A DNA stretch of 64,000 bases. Origin: an uncultured Chlorobiota bacterium (GTDB lineage: Bacteria > Bacteroidota > Bacteroidia > Bacteroidales > JAADGE01). Below the pieces are notes generated by a model. It was not told where the DNA came from and made no database searches. It saw nothing but the letters and a program-made list of their open reading frames with translations. Positions 20,681 through 30,468 of this stretch are shown here, piece by piece. The position numbers and the translations under genes are program-made. The stretch's first letter is position 1. The number at the start of each line of letters is the position of its first letter. Where the stretch lies: assembly GCA_947311445.1 (NCBI GenBank), contig CAMZKV010000008.1:5145-69144 (forward strand), read 5' to 3'.

Positions 20681-21277
20681 ATGTTTTCAGGAATAGTAGA
20701 AGAAATTGGAATAGTTAAAAGCATTAGAAAAGAAGGAGAAAATGTTCATTTTTCATTAACGTGCAGTTTTGTTAATGAATTAAAAATTGACCAAAGTCTT
20801 TCACATAATGGAGTTTGTTTAACTGTTGTTGAATTAACAGATAACAGCTATACTGTTACGGCAGTTCAAGAAACCTTAATAAAATCAAACTTAGGCTTAT
20901 TAAAAATAGGAGATAAAGTAAACCTTGAAAGAAGCATGAAACCAGATAGTTTGCTTGACGGACATATTGTGCAAGGACATGTTGACCAAACAGCAATATG
21001 CACAAAAGTAGAAGAAGCAGACGGAAGTTGGTATTATACATTTGAATACGAGCCTCAAAAAGAAAATGTTACAGTTGAAAAAGGTTCGGTTTCTGTAAAC
21101 GGAGTAAGTCTAACTGTAGTAAATTCAAAAGACAATTCTTTCCAAGTTGCAATTATTCCTTTTACACATGAAATAACAAATTTTCATACAATAGAAAAAG
21201 GAACAGTAGTGAACATTGAATTTGATATTATTGGAAAATATATAACAAAGATTGTTAGGCAATATATGGAGAAATAA
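20681..21277 (+). CDS. ribE: riboflavin synthase alpha chain
   Basis: MFSGIVEEIG N-terminus and two lumazine-binding repeats (SLSHNGVCLTV / SVSVNGVSLTV). Confidence 0.9.
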   Translation: MFSGIVEEIGIVKSIRKEGENVHFSLTCSFVNELKIDQSLSHNGVCLTVVELTDNSYTVTAVQETLIKSNLGLLKIGDKVNLERSMKPDSLLDGHIVQGHVDQTAICTKVEEADGSWYYTFEYEPQKENVTVEKGSVSVNGVSLTVVNSKDNSFQVAIIPFTHEITNFHTIEKGTVVNIEFDIIGKYITKIVRQYMEK

Positions 21278-21291
21278 AAGTTTTACGATAA

Positions 21292-21335
21292 AAAAAAACA
21301 GGCAAAACCTTCTTTTTTACCTGTTTTTTGTTTTT
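21292..21335. terminator. hairpin terminator between convergent ribE and gldA
   Basis: aacagg (21297-21302) ... cctgtt (21320-21325) with an A-run before and a T-run after. Confidence 0.55.
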
Positions 21336-21342
21336 AGAAATG

Positions 21343-22254
21343 TTATTTTGTTAGTTCTCTAAAAACATCCTCCATACTTTTTTCTTTTTTGTATAAAGAA
21401 AGCAGAGTTAAATTATTTTTAACAGAAAAGCTAAATATTTGTGCCCTAATATCATCATTTTTTGATGTTTCCAATATAAAATTTCTTTTATCAATTTCAA
21501 CAATATTTTCTATTTTGCTTATTGTTTTTAATAGATTAACATCTATACTATTTGCAAACTCAACAACTATTGCATTTTTTGTTTGCAATGATAGCTCATG
21601 AATTTTTGACACAGAATTATTTGCAATTATTTTTCCCTTATCAATTATTATAACACGATTACATATTGCTTCAACCTCTTGCATTATATGAGTTGAAAGC
21701 ATAACAGTTTTTTCTTTGCCTATTGTAGAAATTAAATCTCTTATTTCAACAATTTGATTTGGGTCAAGTCCTGTTGTAGGCTCATCAAGAATTAAAACAT
21801 CCGGGTCATGAATTAAAGCTGCAGCAAGACCTGTTCTTTGTCTATATCCTTTTGAGAGAGCTCCAATTTTTTTATGTTTTTCACGTGAAAGACCAGTTAA
21901 ATTTAAAATATCATTAAGGTTTTCATTTATATTTCCTTTTATTTGGTACGTTTTAGAAACAAAATTTAAATATTCTTTAACGTACATATCAAGATAAAGA
22001 GGATTGTGTTCCGGAAGATAACCAATTTGGTTTTTAATACTTTTTATATCTTTTTTTGTATTAATTCCATTAACAACCACATCTCCCGAATTTTGAGAAA
22101 TATATCCGGTTATAATTTTCATCATTGTAGATTTTCCCGCACCGTTTGGACCTAAAAACCCAACAATATCACCTGTTTTTATTTCAAAACTAACAGAATC
22201 TAATGCTTTCTGATTTCCGTATATTTTTGTAATATTTTTTGCAGATAAAGACAT
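21343..22254 (-). CDS. gldA: ABC transporter ATP-binding protein, gliding-motility GldA-like
   Basis: Walker A GPNGAGKST and signature LSKGYRQR. Strong resemblance to GldA blocks (IGYLPEHNPLYLDMYV, LDEPTTGLDPNQ, GKEKTV.LSTHIMQEVEA.C.RVIII). Confidence 0.72.
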   Translation of the reverse strand: MSLSAKNITKIYGNQKALDSVSFEIKTGDIVGFLGPNGAGKSTMMKIITGYISQNSGDVVVNGINTKKDIKSIKNQIGYLPEHNPLYLDMYVKEYLNFVSKTYQIKGNINENLNDILNLTGLSREKHKKIGALSKGYRQRTGLAAALIHDPDVLILDEPTTGLDPNQIVEIRDLISTIGKEKTVMLSTHIMQEVEAICNRVIIIDKGKIIANNSVSKIHELSLQTKNAIVVEFANSIDVNLLKTISKIENIVEIDKRNFILETSKNDDIRAQIFSFSVKNNLTLLSLYKKEKSMEDVFRELTK

Positions 22255-22485
22255 TGTAAAATAATTCTATATATTAAAAACATTCAAAACTAATATAAAA
22301 CTACAAGTTTTACAAAACTTCATGCTTTTATCAAATTTAAATATACAAAAAGCATTGGAATTCTAATATACTGTGCTGATAAACAGGAAAATAAAAAAAA
22401 CATTGTCGCATATATTGTTTTGTAACATAAATTTTTCTATTTTAGCAAATTATTCAAAACTTATAAAAAATAAACATATAAAAAG

Positions 22486-23616
22486 ATGAAATTTATTGTT
22501 TCCAGTTCAGAATTATTATCACATCTTCAAAGCGTAAGTAAAGCAATTAGTGGAAAATCAACAATTCCAATTTTAGATAGCTTTTTATTTGATTTACAGA
22601 GAGGAGAATTAACTATTACAGCATCAGATTTAGAATCCACACTAATTTCAAAGCTAACACTAGAAAATAGTGATGGGGATGGAAAAATTGCTTTGGAAGC
22701 AAAAAGATTGTTAGATATTTTAAAAGAATTTCCGGAACAACCTCTTACTTTTGAGATTGATTTAGAATCTCTTTCAACAACAATATTATCTGAAAATGGG
22801 AAATTTAATGTTGTTGGTTCACCTGCAAATGATTATCCTCAATTTCCGGAATTAAAACAAGGTGAGGCTACAAGTTTTGCAATAAATACTGCTGTTTTAG
22901 AACAGGGGATAAGTAAAACAATTTTTGCAACTGCAAATGATGAGTTAAGACCAGTAATGAATGGTGTTTATTTTGCAATGTCAGAAGAAAACATAACATT
23001 TGTTGCCTCAGATTCACACAAGCTAGTAAGATACAAAAGATTAGATGTAAAAGCAGGTAAAGAATCTTCTTTTATTTTACCAAAAAAACCAGCTAACTTG
23101 TTGAAAAATCTTTTATCTGGAGCAGATGAAGATGTTGTTGTTGGCTTTGATGATAAAAATGCAGTTTTTACATTTTTTGGATTTAAACTTATCTGTAGAT
23201 TAACAGAAGGAAAATTTCCAAACTATGAAACTGTAATACCTACTGAGAATCCAAATAAATTAATAATAAACAGAATAGACTTATACAATACAGTAAAAAG
23301 AGTATCAGTATTTTCTAATCAAGCAAGTAATTTAATTAAACTTCAATTAACAGCAAATGAAATAACTGTATCTGCTCAAGATATTGATTTTTCAATATCT
23401 GCTCATGAACGTCTTTCTTGTCGTTACGAAGGAGATGAAATGGAAATAGGATTTAAATCGGTGTTTTTATCAGAAATACTTCAAAATATAGGCTCCGAAG
23501 AGATTGTTCTTGAAATGTCAGACCCATCAAAAGCCGGAATTGTTTTACCTTTTGAGTCTAACTCAGAAAGTGAAGACGTTTTAATGTTATTAATGCCTAT
23601 GATGGTTAATGGCTAA
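22486..23616 (+). CDS. dnaN: DNA polymerase III beta sliding clamp
   Basis: 376 aa with a three-domain clamp pattern: MKFIVSSSELL...ILDSFLF...LTITASDLE, and the C-terminal MLLMPM. Confidence 0.9.
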   Translation: MKFIVSSSELLSHLQSVSKAISGKSTIPILDSFLFDLQRGELTITASDLESTLISKLTLENSDGDGKIALEAKRLLDILKEFPEQPLTFEIDLESLSTTILSENGKFNVVGSPANDYPQFPELKQGEATSFAINTAVLEQGISKTIFATANDELRPVMNGVYFAMSEENITFVASDSHKLVRYKRLDVKAGKESSFILPKKPANLLKNLLSGADEDVVVGFDDKNAVFTFFGFKLICRLTEGKFPNYETVIPTENPNKLIINRIDLYNTVKRVSVFSNQASNLIKLQLTANEITVSAQDIDFSISAHERLSCRYEGDEMEIGFKSVFLSEILQNIGSEEIVLEMSDPSKAGIVLPFESNSESEDVLMLLMPMMVNG

Positions 23617-23630
23617 TTGAAAAAAATAAT

Positions 23631-23672
23631 AAAAACCCGGCAGGAAAAGTTTTTTTGTCGGGTTTTTATTTT
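23631..23672. terminator. hairpin terminator between convergent dnaN and the PD40 gene
   Basis: aaaaacccggcagg ... gtcgggttttt imperfect stem followed by a T-run. Confidence 0.6.
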
Positions 23673-23683
23673 TAAAATAACAA

Positions 23684-25273
23684 TTATTTGCAATTTGAAT
23701 CCGGATCCAATCGGATAGATTTATATTCTAATTTTTTAGGAGCATTATCTACCGGAATTGTTAATTTATCAAAGAAAACAAATTCATTATTAACCTTTGC
23801 CGAAATTTTATATGTTCGTCCCCATTTTGCAATAAAAATAAACTTTGAATTTTTAGAGTTTGGTCTAATTTTATATGAATCTTGTGTTTCTGTATCTTTA
23901 ATTGTAATTAAAACATTTGGAATTTCTTTAGAACACTTAGAATAAACAGAACCAACCATAACAGTAATGTCTGACCTAACGACAGAATCAAGAGCTATTG
24001 TAAAAATGTCTGTTTCACTTACATCTGGGCTTTTTTGCGAAGCATAATATGCTCTTTTTTTGTCTGCTGTGGGCATATAAAAAACATCATCTCCAACAGT
24101 ATTAATTGGATATCCAATATTCACCGCTTTTGACCAAGTGCCAAAATCTGTTTTTGTGGATTTGAAAATATCATAACCCCCTAAATTTTGATGTCCTTTT
24201 GAACTAAAATATAAAGTTTTTCCGTCAGGATGAATATATGGTCCCTCTTCGTTATACTTTGTATTAACTGCATCGCCTAAGTTTCTTGCCGGTCCCCATG
24301 CACCATTTCTTAATTTTTCAGAAACATAAATATCTAAACCTCCAAATCCTCCAGGTCGTCCACTTGTAAAATATAAAAAATTCCCGTCTGCAGAAAGAGA
24401 GGCATGAGTTTCTTTTTCTTCCGTATTAATGTTTGGTCCTAATTTTACAGGAACCCCCCATTCTCCTTTTTCAAAAGAACTCATAAAAATACTTCCGTAA
24501 TCTTCACCTTTGTATATAAATAATTTTTGTCCATCTACCGACAAACCAATTGAAGCTTCGTGTTTTGGGGTATTAATGTTCATTCCAATACTCTTGGGTT
24601 TTGTCCACTTTCCGTTTTCTTTTTCACAAATAAAAATATCTTCATTATAATTTCCATCTTCATCAATATCTTCGTCCCATCCATTTGGGCGACGAGAAGT
24701 AAAAATTAAAATTGATTCATCTGCAGAAACAACCGGGCTATGGTCATTGTATTTTGAGTTTATTGAATCTCCAAGATTTCTAACTTTAATTTTAATTTTA
24801 TTTTCAAACAATCTTTGTGCGTGTTCACATTTTATAATTTCTCTATCAATAATACTAGAAATAAGTTCGTTTTTTTGAACTTTTTCTTTTAGCATAGAGA
24901 GTTCTTCTAAAGCAGCTATAAAAAGGTAAGAGGCTTTATAGGCTCTTGCAAGCTGAAAAGAAGACTCAACATAACGAGGTTTAGTTGAAGGTTTATTAAA
25001 GTTTGCTTTTGCAGTTTTAAAATATTTTATTGATTCTTTTTCCCTTGTTTTCGTATTTAGTAATGCAAACCCCATTTTATAATTAAAATCCGCATCATTT
25101 GGGTTGTCATACAAAAATCTCTCGTAGAAGTCGATACTTTCGGCAAAAATATCACCATCAATAAAATCTTCTATTAACTGAACATTGTCCAACTTGTTGC
25201 CCTGTAAAATTACGCAACCCTCTGTAAATATTAGAGAGATAATAAGAAAAATAAAAATTTTTAACTTCATCAT
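23684..25273 (-). CDS. secreted TPR plus PD40 (TolB-like beta-propeller repeat) protein
   Basis: Signal peptide and N-terminal TPR-like helices. Four PD40-like units follow (SPVVSADESILIFTSRR, LSVDGQKLFI, LSADGNFLYFTSGRPGGFGGLDIY, IHPDGKTLYFSS...GGYDIF). No OmpA domain seen at the C-terminus. Confidence 0.65.
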   Translation of the reverse strand: MMKLKIFIFLIISLIFTEGCVILQGNKLDNVQLIEDFIDGDIFAESIDFYERFLYDNPNDADFNYKMGFALLNTKTREKESIKYFKTAKANFNKPSTKPRYVESSFQLARAYKASYLFIAALEELSMLKEKVQKNELISSIIDREIIKCEHAQRLFENKIKIKVRNLGDSINSKYNDHSPVVSADESILIFTSRRPNGWDEDIDEDGNYNEDIFICEKENGKWTKPKSIGMNINTPKHEASIGLSVDGQKLFIYKGEDYGSIFMSSFEKGEWGVPVKLGPNINTEEKETHASLSADGNFLYFTSGRPGGFGGLDIYVSEKLRNGAWGPARNLGDAVNTKYNEEGPYIHPDGKTLYFSSKGHQNLGGYDIFKSTKTDFGTWSKAVNIGYPINTVGDDVFYMPTADKKRAYYASQKSPDVSETDIFTIALDSVVRSDITVMVGSVYSKCSKEIPNVLITIKDTETQDSYKIRPNSKNSKFIFIAKWGRTYKISAKVNNEFVFFDKLTIPVDNAPKKLEYKSIRLDPDSNCK

Positions 25274-25288
25274 TTTCAGATTTTGTTA

Positions 25289-26671
25289 CTATTTGTCAGA
25301 ACTAAACATTGGATCCCATGGCGGTAATAAAATAGGTTTTTGATTTAAAAAATTTAATGTTTTAGCATCTATAAATTTTTTCAAAACTACAAGGCGAAAC
25401 ATATATTCATCAAACCAAGCATCCGTCATTGTCAGATAACCATTGTGTCCGGAAGATTTACCCCAACTATTTTCAAGTAACCATTTGGTAATTTCTCCTT
25501 TTTCATTAACATCTGCACCAACTAAAGCCATTCCATGTGTTGAACCACTTTCACGAGATAAAATGCGTTCTCTCTTTGTCATATCAAATTTAACGCCAAA
25601 AAGTGATTCGTAGTCATAATTATTAATATCTAACAAACCTTCTTTACTGTTTAGTTGTTTTCCAACATCGCAAGAAAAATACATTGCTTCATTATTTTTG
25701 ATAGACTTGAGAGCAAATTTTTTGATTTCTTTTGCAGGTAAATTAATATACTGCCAGTTTCTTCCCTCCATTACATTTCTATCTTTATTGATTTCATACA
25801 GTTTATAATATTCTCTTGTCGGGTCATCCATTAACATGATATAATCATTGAAATTTATTTCTCCTATTGATTCTTTCATAAAAGATTTTGGGGTGTATTT
25901 TTTAAGAGAACTTATACTGTCTTTTTTGTCTTTATATCTCCATTCAAACTCTGTTGGGGGAACACCAAGATTGATTACTAATATTTTATATATTTCTCCC
26001 AACATTTTTATTTTATGTTTTCTTAAAACGGCATCTGTGCCTTTTATAGAACGTAATTCAAGAGCATCTTCTCTCAATTTTTTTCTAATAAGACGAACCA
26101 TCATTCCAGTGTTTTCGCTAGAATGAGTTTCGGGCATAATATCTTTCGGAACAATTCCATATTTGTTTGCTAAATTTATGAAAGAGTTCCATACGCCACC
26201 ATCCCCAATAGTGTTTTGGAACAACCAAGAAACATTTCTGTCTTCAATTTTTAAATTTCTAGTTTCAATAATTCCTTCAAGAAACATGTTTGATTTTTCA
26301 AAAATATCAAAGAAATATAAATAGTTTGTAGAATATTCAAAAGATGAAACATTGAAGTTTGAAATAGCTTTTGGTCTAAGAACGTTGAGGCTTGTAAACA
26401 TCCAACATCTGCCGGAAGACTTTTGGTTGGTTATTCCCTTTACTGATACTTTGTATTTGAATTCGTGGTCGTATTTACCAATATTATTTCTATTAAGAGC
26501 CAGGTTTTTTATGTTGTTATTTGAAACAGCATTTATAACTGCTCTTAGTTGTGAATCATTATTGTCAAAAGAATTTTTTATTTGAACGAATTCTCTTTTG
26601 CCTATTCCTTTTTGTCCTGTTACAGAAAGAGAAAAAAGAATTATAATCAAAATTACTATTATTTTGTTCAT
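25289..26671 (-). CDS. pepC: C1B family cysteine aminopeptidase (PepC/bleomycin hydrolase-like), exported
   Basis: QKSSGRCWMFTSLN catalytic Cys block, THGMALVG His block, ENSWG Asn block. The start is set at the ATG at 26671, which begins a signal peptide (MNKIIVILIIILFSLSVTGQ). Confidence 0.82.
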   Translation of the reverse strand: MNKIIVILIIILFSLSVTGQKGIGKREFVQIKNSFDNNDSQLRAVINAVSNNNIKNLALNRNNIGKYDHEFKYKVSVKGITNQKSSGRCWMFTSLNVLRPKAISNFNVSSFEYSTNYLYFFDIFEKSNMFLEGIIETRNLKIEDRNVSWLFQNTIGDGGVWNSFINLANKYGIVPKDIMPETHSSENTGMMVRLIRKKLREDALELRSIKGTDAVLRKHKIKMLGEIYKILVINLGVPPTEFEWRYKDKKDSISSLKKYTPKSFMKESIGEINFNDYIMLMDDPTREYYKLYEINKDRNVMEGRNWQYINLPAKEIKKFALKSIKNNEAMYFSCDVGKQLNSKEGLLDINNYDYESLFGVKFDMTKRERILSRESGSTHGMALVGADVNEKGEITKWLLENSWGKSSGHNGYLTMTDAWFDEYMFRLVVLKKFIDAKTLNFLNQKPILLPPWDPMFSSDK

Positions 26672-26843
26672 ATGTCTAAAGTTGTATATTTGATTGATAT
26701 TTAATGAGTTGACAGAATATTTATATTTGCAAAAGTTGTTTTGCTTAGTACATAGTAACACCACTTTGTCTTGCAAGTAATCTGTATGTTCTGTTATGGT
26801 TAAGCTCAAGGCTGTTAAAATTTTTGTCTTGTTTGTTTCATAG
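26672..26843 (-). repeat. conserved upstream module, copy B
   Basis: The minus strand reads ctatgaaacaaacaagacaaaaatttt...ccataacagaacatacagattacttgcaagacaaagtggtgttactatgtactaag...actttagacatATG, which aligns with copies A, C, D and E. Confidence 0.7.
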
Positions 26844-26952
26844 AAAGAATCTTTTAGTTTAAAAAAATTTAAATTATATGTGTGTTTAAAAATATTAAAG
26901 CTGTTCTTAAAAACGAACAGCTCTAATACTTGGTTTTATATAATGTTAAAAA

Positions 26953-27801
26953 TTAATTAAACCCCGTAAGCTTTGTTAAGTCTGTTCGAGGATTGATTGT
27001 CATAACAGGTATTTTTTGCACATTGGCAATAACTTTTTGTTCAGATGCACCAAGCATATAATCGTGCATACTGATATTTTTTGTTGTTGTTATCATTATT
27101 AAATCAGCTTTAATTTCTTCTGCATATTTTAAAGATTCGTCAGAAATGTTTTTGCCATCTAATTTAACAATGTCAAAATCAATACCTTTATCTGTTAGGA
27201 AATTTTTAGCAATCATCATGTTCGAAACGATTTTCTTTTTAAAGATTTGATCATTTGTATCAATATAACACAGATAAAATTTTGCACCAAAATAGTTGTG
27301 AATAAATTCTGCCCAAATAAGTTTTTCTTTTTCAGCAAACTTAAAATCAACAGGAAAAACTACTTTTTTAACATCTTCGTTTTGAGGATTGTCTTGAACA
27401 ACAATAAAAGGGGCATCAGAACCAATAATAACTTTTAAAGCCCAACTTCCGGTAAACTTTTGCATTCCTTTTATGCCATGTGTTCCCATTATTGCAAAAA
27501 TAGCATTTTCATTTTTAATCAAACGATTAATGTCTGAAAAAATACTACCTTCTTTTACCGTATATTTTGGTTTAACTCCATATTCTTTTTCGAAAGAGTT
27601 AACAGCGGTTTCCATTTTTTCAGAAGCTGTCTTAATTTCAGAACTTTTTTTTACAATATGTAGTAAAACTATATCGCAGTTCATTTTTATTGACATTTTT
27701 GCAGCATGTTTTAAGGCATACTCCGATAATTCAGAAAAATCCCAAGGAACAATAATTGGTCTGTTGTTTGCCATTTTATTTTTTTTAAAATTAAAACTCA
27801 A
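26953..27801 (-). CDS. tandem universal stress protein (two USP domains)
   Basis: 282 aa with two repeats of the USP pattern (IVPWDFSE...LLHIV...MGTHG; VVFPVDF...IMITT...SEQKVIANVQ.PV). An alternative start is at 27774. Confidence 0.78.
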   Translation of the reverse strand: MSFNFKKNKMANNRPIIVPWDFSELSEYALKHAAKMSIKMNCDIVLLHIVKKSSEIKTASEKMETAVNSFEKEYGVKPKYTVKEGSIFSDINRLIKNENAIFAIMGTHGIKGMQKFTGSWALKVIIGSDAPFIVVQDNPQNEDVKKVVFPVDFKFAEKEKLIWAEFIHNYFGAKFYLCYIDTNDQIFKKKIVSNMMIAKNFLTDKGIDFDIVKLDGKNISDESLKYAEEIKADLIMITTTKNISMHDYMLGASEQKVIANVQKIPVMTINPRTDLTKLTGFN

Positions 27802-27936
27802 AAATATGAATAATTTATATTAATATCAAGAAAATTAGGTCTTAATAAAAATAAATGTGTAGTCTTTAAAAAAATATTGATTGTTTTCTGATATTTTATT
27901 AATTTTACACTCAATATTATTTGAAATTATTTAATA

Positions 27937-29337
27937 ATGAGCAATACAAAATCTAACAAAGAAATTCAAGTTCTAAAAGAAAGGATTGAAGCTCTTGAGC
28001 AGTTAAATAATGAGCTTGCACTCCACAATAAAGAGCTGAGGGAAGAAAATGACAAACACGCGGAAATGCTAGCTTTTCTTCCCGCAAATGCTAAAAAGCA
28101 AATGCAAAAAAAATCAAAAACTTCCGCATCGCTAAGATATAAAATGGTAACAGTTTTATACTCTGATGTTAAGGGGTTCACTGAACTTTTACAAGAACAA
28201 GATGCAGAAGCACTAATTGATGAATTAGATAATTTCTTTTTTGAGTTTGATAATATAGTAGAAAAAAACAATATTCAAAAGGTAAAATCTTTAGGAGATA
28301 CTTTTATGTGTGCCGGCGGAATTCCTAAAAAAAACAGAACAAATCCAGTAGAAGTTATTGTTGCCGCATTAGAAATGCAAGCATATTTAAAAAAAATACA
28401 AGAGGAGTCTAAGAAAAATGACAGAAATATATGGAGTCTTACTTTTGGTGTTCATACAGGGCCTGTTACAGCAACAGTATCCGGCAAAAAGAAAATTTCA
28501 TATGATATTAAAGGAGATACAGCCAATATTGCAAGTAGGATTGAGTCTGCAAGTAAGCCAACAGAAATTAGTATTTCCGGAATGACTTACGAATTTATAA
28601 AAGAGTTTTTTGCTTGCGAGTTTAGGTCAAAAATGCCTGTAAAATATAAAGGAGACATACCTGTTTATGTAATTAAAGGATATAGACCGGACTTGTCAAT
28701 AGATGGAAAAGGAAAAATTCCCAATAAAGCTTTTAGAATAAAATTTCAAACAATAAAATTTGAAGACCTAAATGATTATGTTCTCGATAGACTAGAAAGA
28801 GAGCTTCCAAAACACCTTTATTATCATAATTATAAACATACTATTGATGTTACTATTGGAGTAGAGATTATTGGATATGGCGAAGGGGTTGGAGAAGAAG
28901 ACATGTTACTTTTAAAAACAGCAGCGTTATTTCATGATTTTGGGCAGGTTGCAGGGGCATTAGACCATGAAGAAAGAGGATGCAAAATTGCAGAAGAAAT
29001 TCTTCCGGGTTTCGGTTATGATAAAGAACAAATAAAAATAATAAAAGGAATTATAATGGCAACAAAGCTTCCACCACAACCTAAAACAAAATTGGAAGAA
29101 ATTATTGCAGATGCTGATTTAGATTACTTAGGAAGAAGAGATATGGTTCCGGTTTCAGACACTTTATACCAAGAACTAAAAGTACAAGGAATTATAGGGT
29201 CTTTTAATGATTGGAATAAACTTCAAGTGAAATTTTTAAGTGCCCATCAATATTTTACAGAAACAGCAAGAACAATGAGAAAAGTAAACAAAGAAGAACA
29301 AATTGAACGAATTAAGGAGTTGATTACAGAAGATTAA
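27937..29337 (+). CDS. class III adenylate cyclase fused to a C-terminal HD-domain phosphohydrolase, with N-terminal coiled coil
   Basis: Cyclase blocks VTVLYSDVKGFT (metal Asp), VKSLGDTFMCAGG (Lys plus Asp) and YDIKGDTANIASRIES (Asn/Arg). HD blocks YHNYKHT, ALFHDFGQ and ADADLDYLGRRD. Confidence 0.8.
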   Translation: MSNTKSNKEIQVLKERIEALEQLNNELALHNKELREENDKHAEMLAFLPANAKKQMQKKSKTSASLRYKMVTVLYSDVKGFTELLQEQDAEALIDELDNFFFEFDNIVEKNNIQKVKSLGDTFMCAGGIPKKNRTNPVEVIVAALEMQAYLKKIQEESKKNDRNIWSLTFGVHTGPVTATVSGKKKISYDIKGDTANIASRIESASKPTEISISGMTYEFIKEFFACEFRSKMPVKYKGDIPVYVIKGYRPDLSIDGKGKIPNKAFRIKFQTIKFEDLNDYVLDRLERELPKHLYYHNYKHTIDVTIGVEIIGYGEGVGEEDMLLLKTAALFHDFGQVAGALDHEERGCKIAEEILPGFGYDKEQIKIIKGIIMATKLPPQPKTKLEEIIADADLDYLGRRDMVPVSDTLYQELKVQGIIGSFNDWNKLQVKFLSAHQYFTETARTMRKVNKEEQIERIKELITED

Positions 29338-29346
29338 TAGAAAAAT

Positions 29347-29376
29347 GGGGTTTTGCTAACAAGTAAAACCTTTTTA
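29347..29376 (+). terminator. weak hairpin terminator
   Basis: ggtttt (29349-29354) / aaaacc (29365-29370) followed by a T-run. The stem is A/U-rich, so support is modest. Confidence 0.4.
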
Positions 29377-29417
29377 TTTAAAAAATATATAAAAAATTAT
29401 TAAAATTAATACAGAAT

Positions 29418-30431
29418 ATGGAAAATATAAATTGGGAAAAATTACCTTTCGGTTACATAAAAACAGATTATAATGTAAGGTGTTATTATAAAAATGGAAG
29501 ATGGGGGCAAATAGAAGTATCTTCATCTGAACATATACCGTTACATATGGCAGCAACATCCTTGCATTATGGGCAACAAGCGTTTGAAGGTATGAAAGCT
29601 TTTACAGGAAAAGATGGCAAGATTAGACTCTTTAGATGGGAAGAGAATGCCAAAAGAATGCAAAATTCTGCCAAAGGTATAATGATGGCAGTACCACCTA
29701 TTGAGTTATTCAAAAAAATGCTTACAAAAGTTATAAGAAAAAACAAAAAATATGTACCACCATATGGAAAAGGAGCGTCGCTATATATTAGACCATTATT
29801 AATTGGAACAGGTCCACAAGTAGGAGTAAGACCTGCTGATGAGTATCTTCTTGTTATGTTTGTTAGCCCGGTAGGACCTTATTTTAAAAAAGGATTTAGT
29901 CCGGTTTCAATGCTTATAACCAGAGAGTTTGATAGAGCAGCACCACAAGGAACAGGAAAATATAAAGTTGGAGGAAATTATGCTGCAAGTTTAACATCAA
30001 TGAAAAAAGCCCACGATGCCGGATATGCAAATGTTTTATACCTTGATGCAAAAGAAAAAAAATATATTGATGAGTGTGGACCGGCAAATTTCTTTGGAAT
30101 AAAAAACAACACATACATTACTCCAATGTCCGATTCAATTTTACCTTCTATAACGAATATGAGTTTAATTACATTAGCAGAACTCTTAGGTTTAAAAACA
30201 GAAAGAAGACCGGTTTTATTAGACGAACTATCTTCATTTGACGAGGTTGGTGCATGTGGAACCGCTGCTGTTATAAGTCCAATAAACAAAATAACAGATA
30301 GTGAAACCGGAATAGATTACACTTATGGGAATGAACCAGGTAAAATATCGACAATGTTGTATAATAAGTTAATTTCAATTCAAACAGGAGACGAAGAAGA
30401 TCTGTTTGGTTGGGTTGAGATAATAGAATAA
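29418..30431 (+). CDS. ilvE: branched-chain amino acid aminotransferase
   Basis: Class IV aminotransferase blocks: YGQQAFEGMKAF, LYIRPLLIG, GTGKYKVGGNYAAS, GTAAVISPI. Confidence 0.85.
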   Translation: MENINWEKLPFGYIKTDYNVRCYYKNGRWGQIEVSSSEHIPLHMAATSLHYGQQAFEGMKAFTGKDGKIRLFRWEENAKRMQNSAKGIMMAVPPIELFKKMLTKVIRKNKKYVPPYGKGASLYIRPLLIGTGPQVGVRPADEYLLVMFVSPVGPYFKKGFSPVSMLITREFDRAAPQGTGKYKVGGNYAASLTSMKKAHDAGYANVLYLDAKEKKYIDECGPANFFGIKNNTYITPMSDSILPSITNMSLITLAELLGLKTERRPVLLDELSSFDEVGACGTAAVISPINKITDSETGIDYTYGNEPGKISTMLYNKLISIQTGDEEDLFGWVEIIE

Positions 30432-30468
30432 AAACACCGATATAATATGGTTTTTATGATGCAAGAAT

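Noticed and set aside
22255-22485. Possible replication origin next to dnaN
   Set aside because: No dnaA gene is adjacent and I found no TTATCCACA-type DnaA boxes. The spacer looks like an ordinary divergent promoter region.
23631-23672. dnaN terminator (aaaaacccggcagg...gtcgggttttt) as a third member of the metH palindrome family
   Set aside because: It shares only the generic aaaacccg-cag start. The stem is imperfect and different in sequence, and it is intergenic with a T-run, so it behaves like a normal terminator.
26672-26809. 46-codon N-terminal extension of the pepC ORF in the track
   Set aside because: The extension is occupied by conserved upstream module copy B, and a canonical signal peptide begins at the ATG at 26671. 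The extension has no peptidase homology.
27937-29337. Cyclase gene as part of a Pycsar/CBASS-like defence system
   Set aside because: No adjacent effector with a cNMP-binding, TIR or TM-toxin domain is present. The neighbours are USP and ilvE, and the residues look like an ordinary adenylate cyclase.
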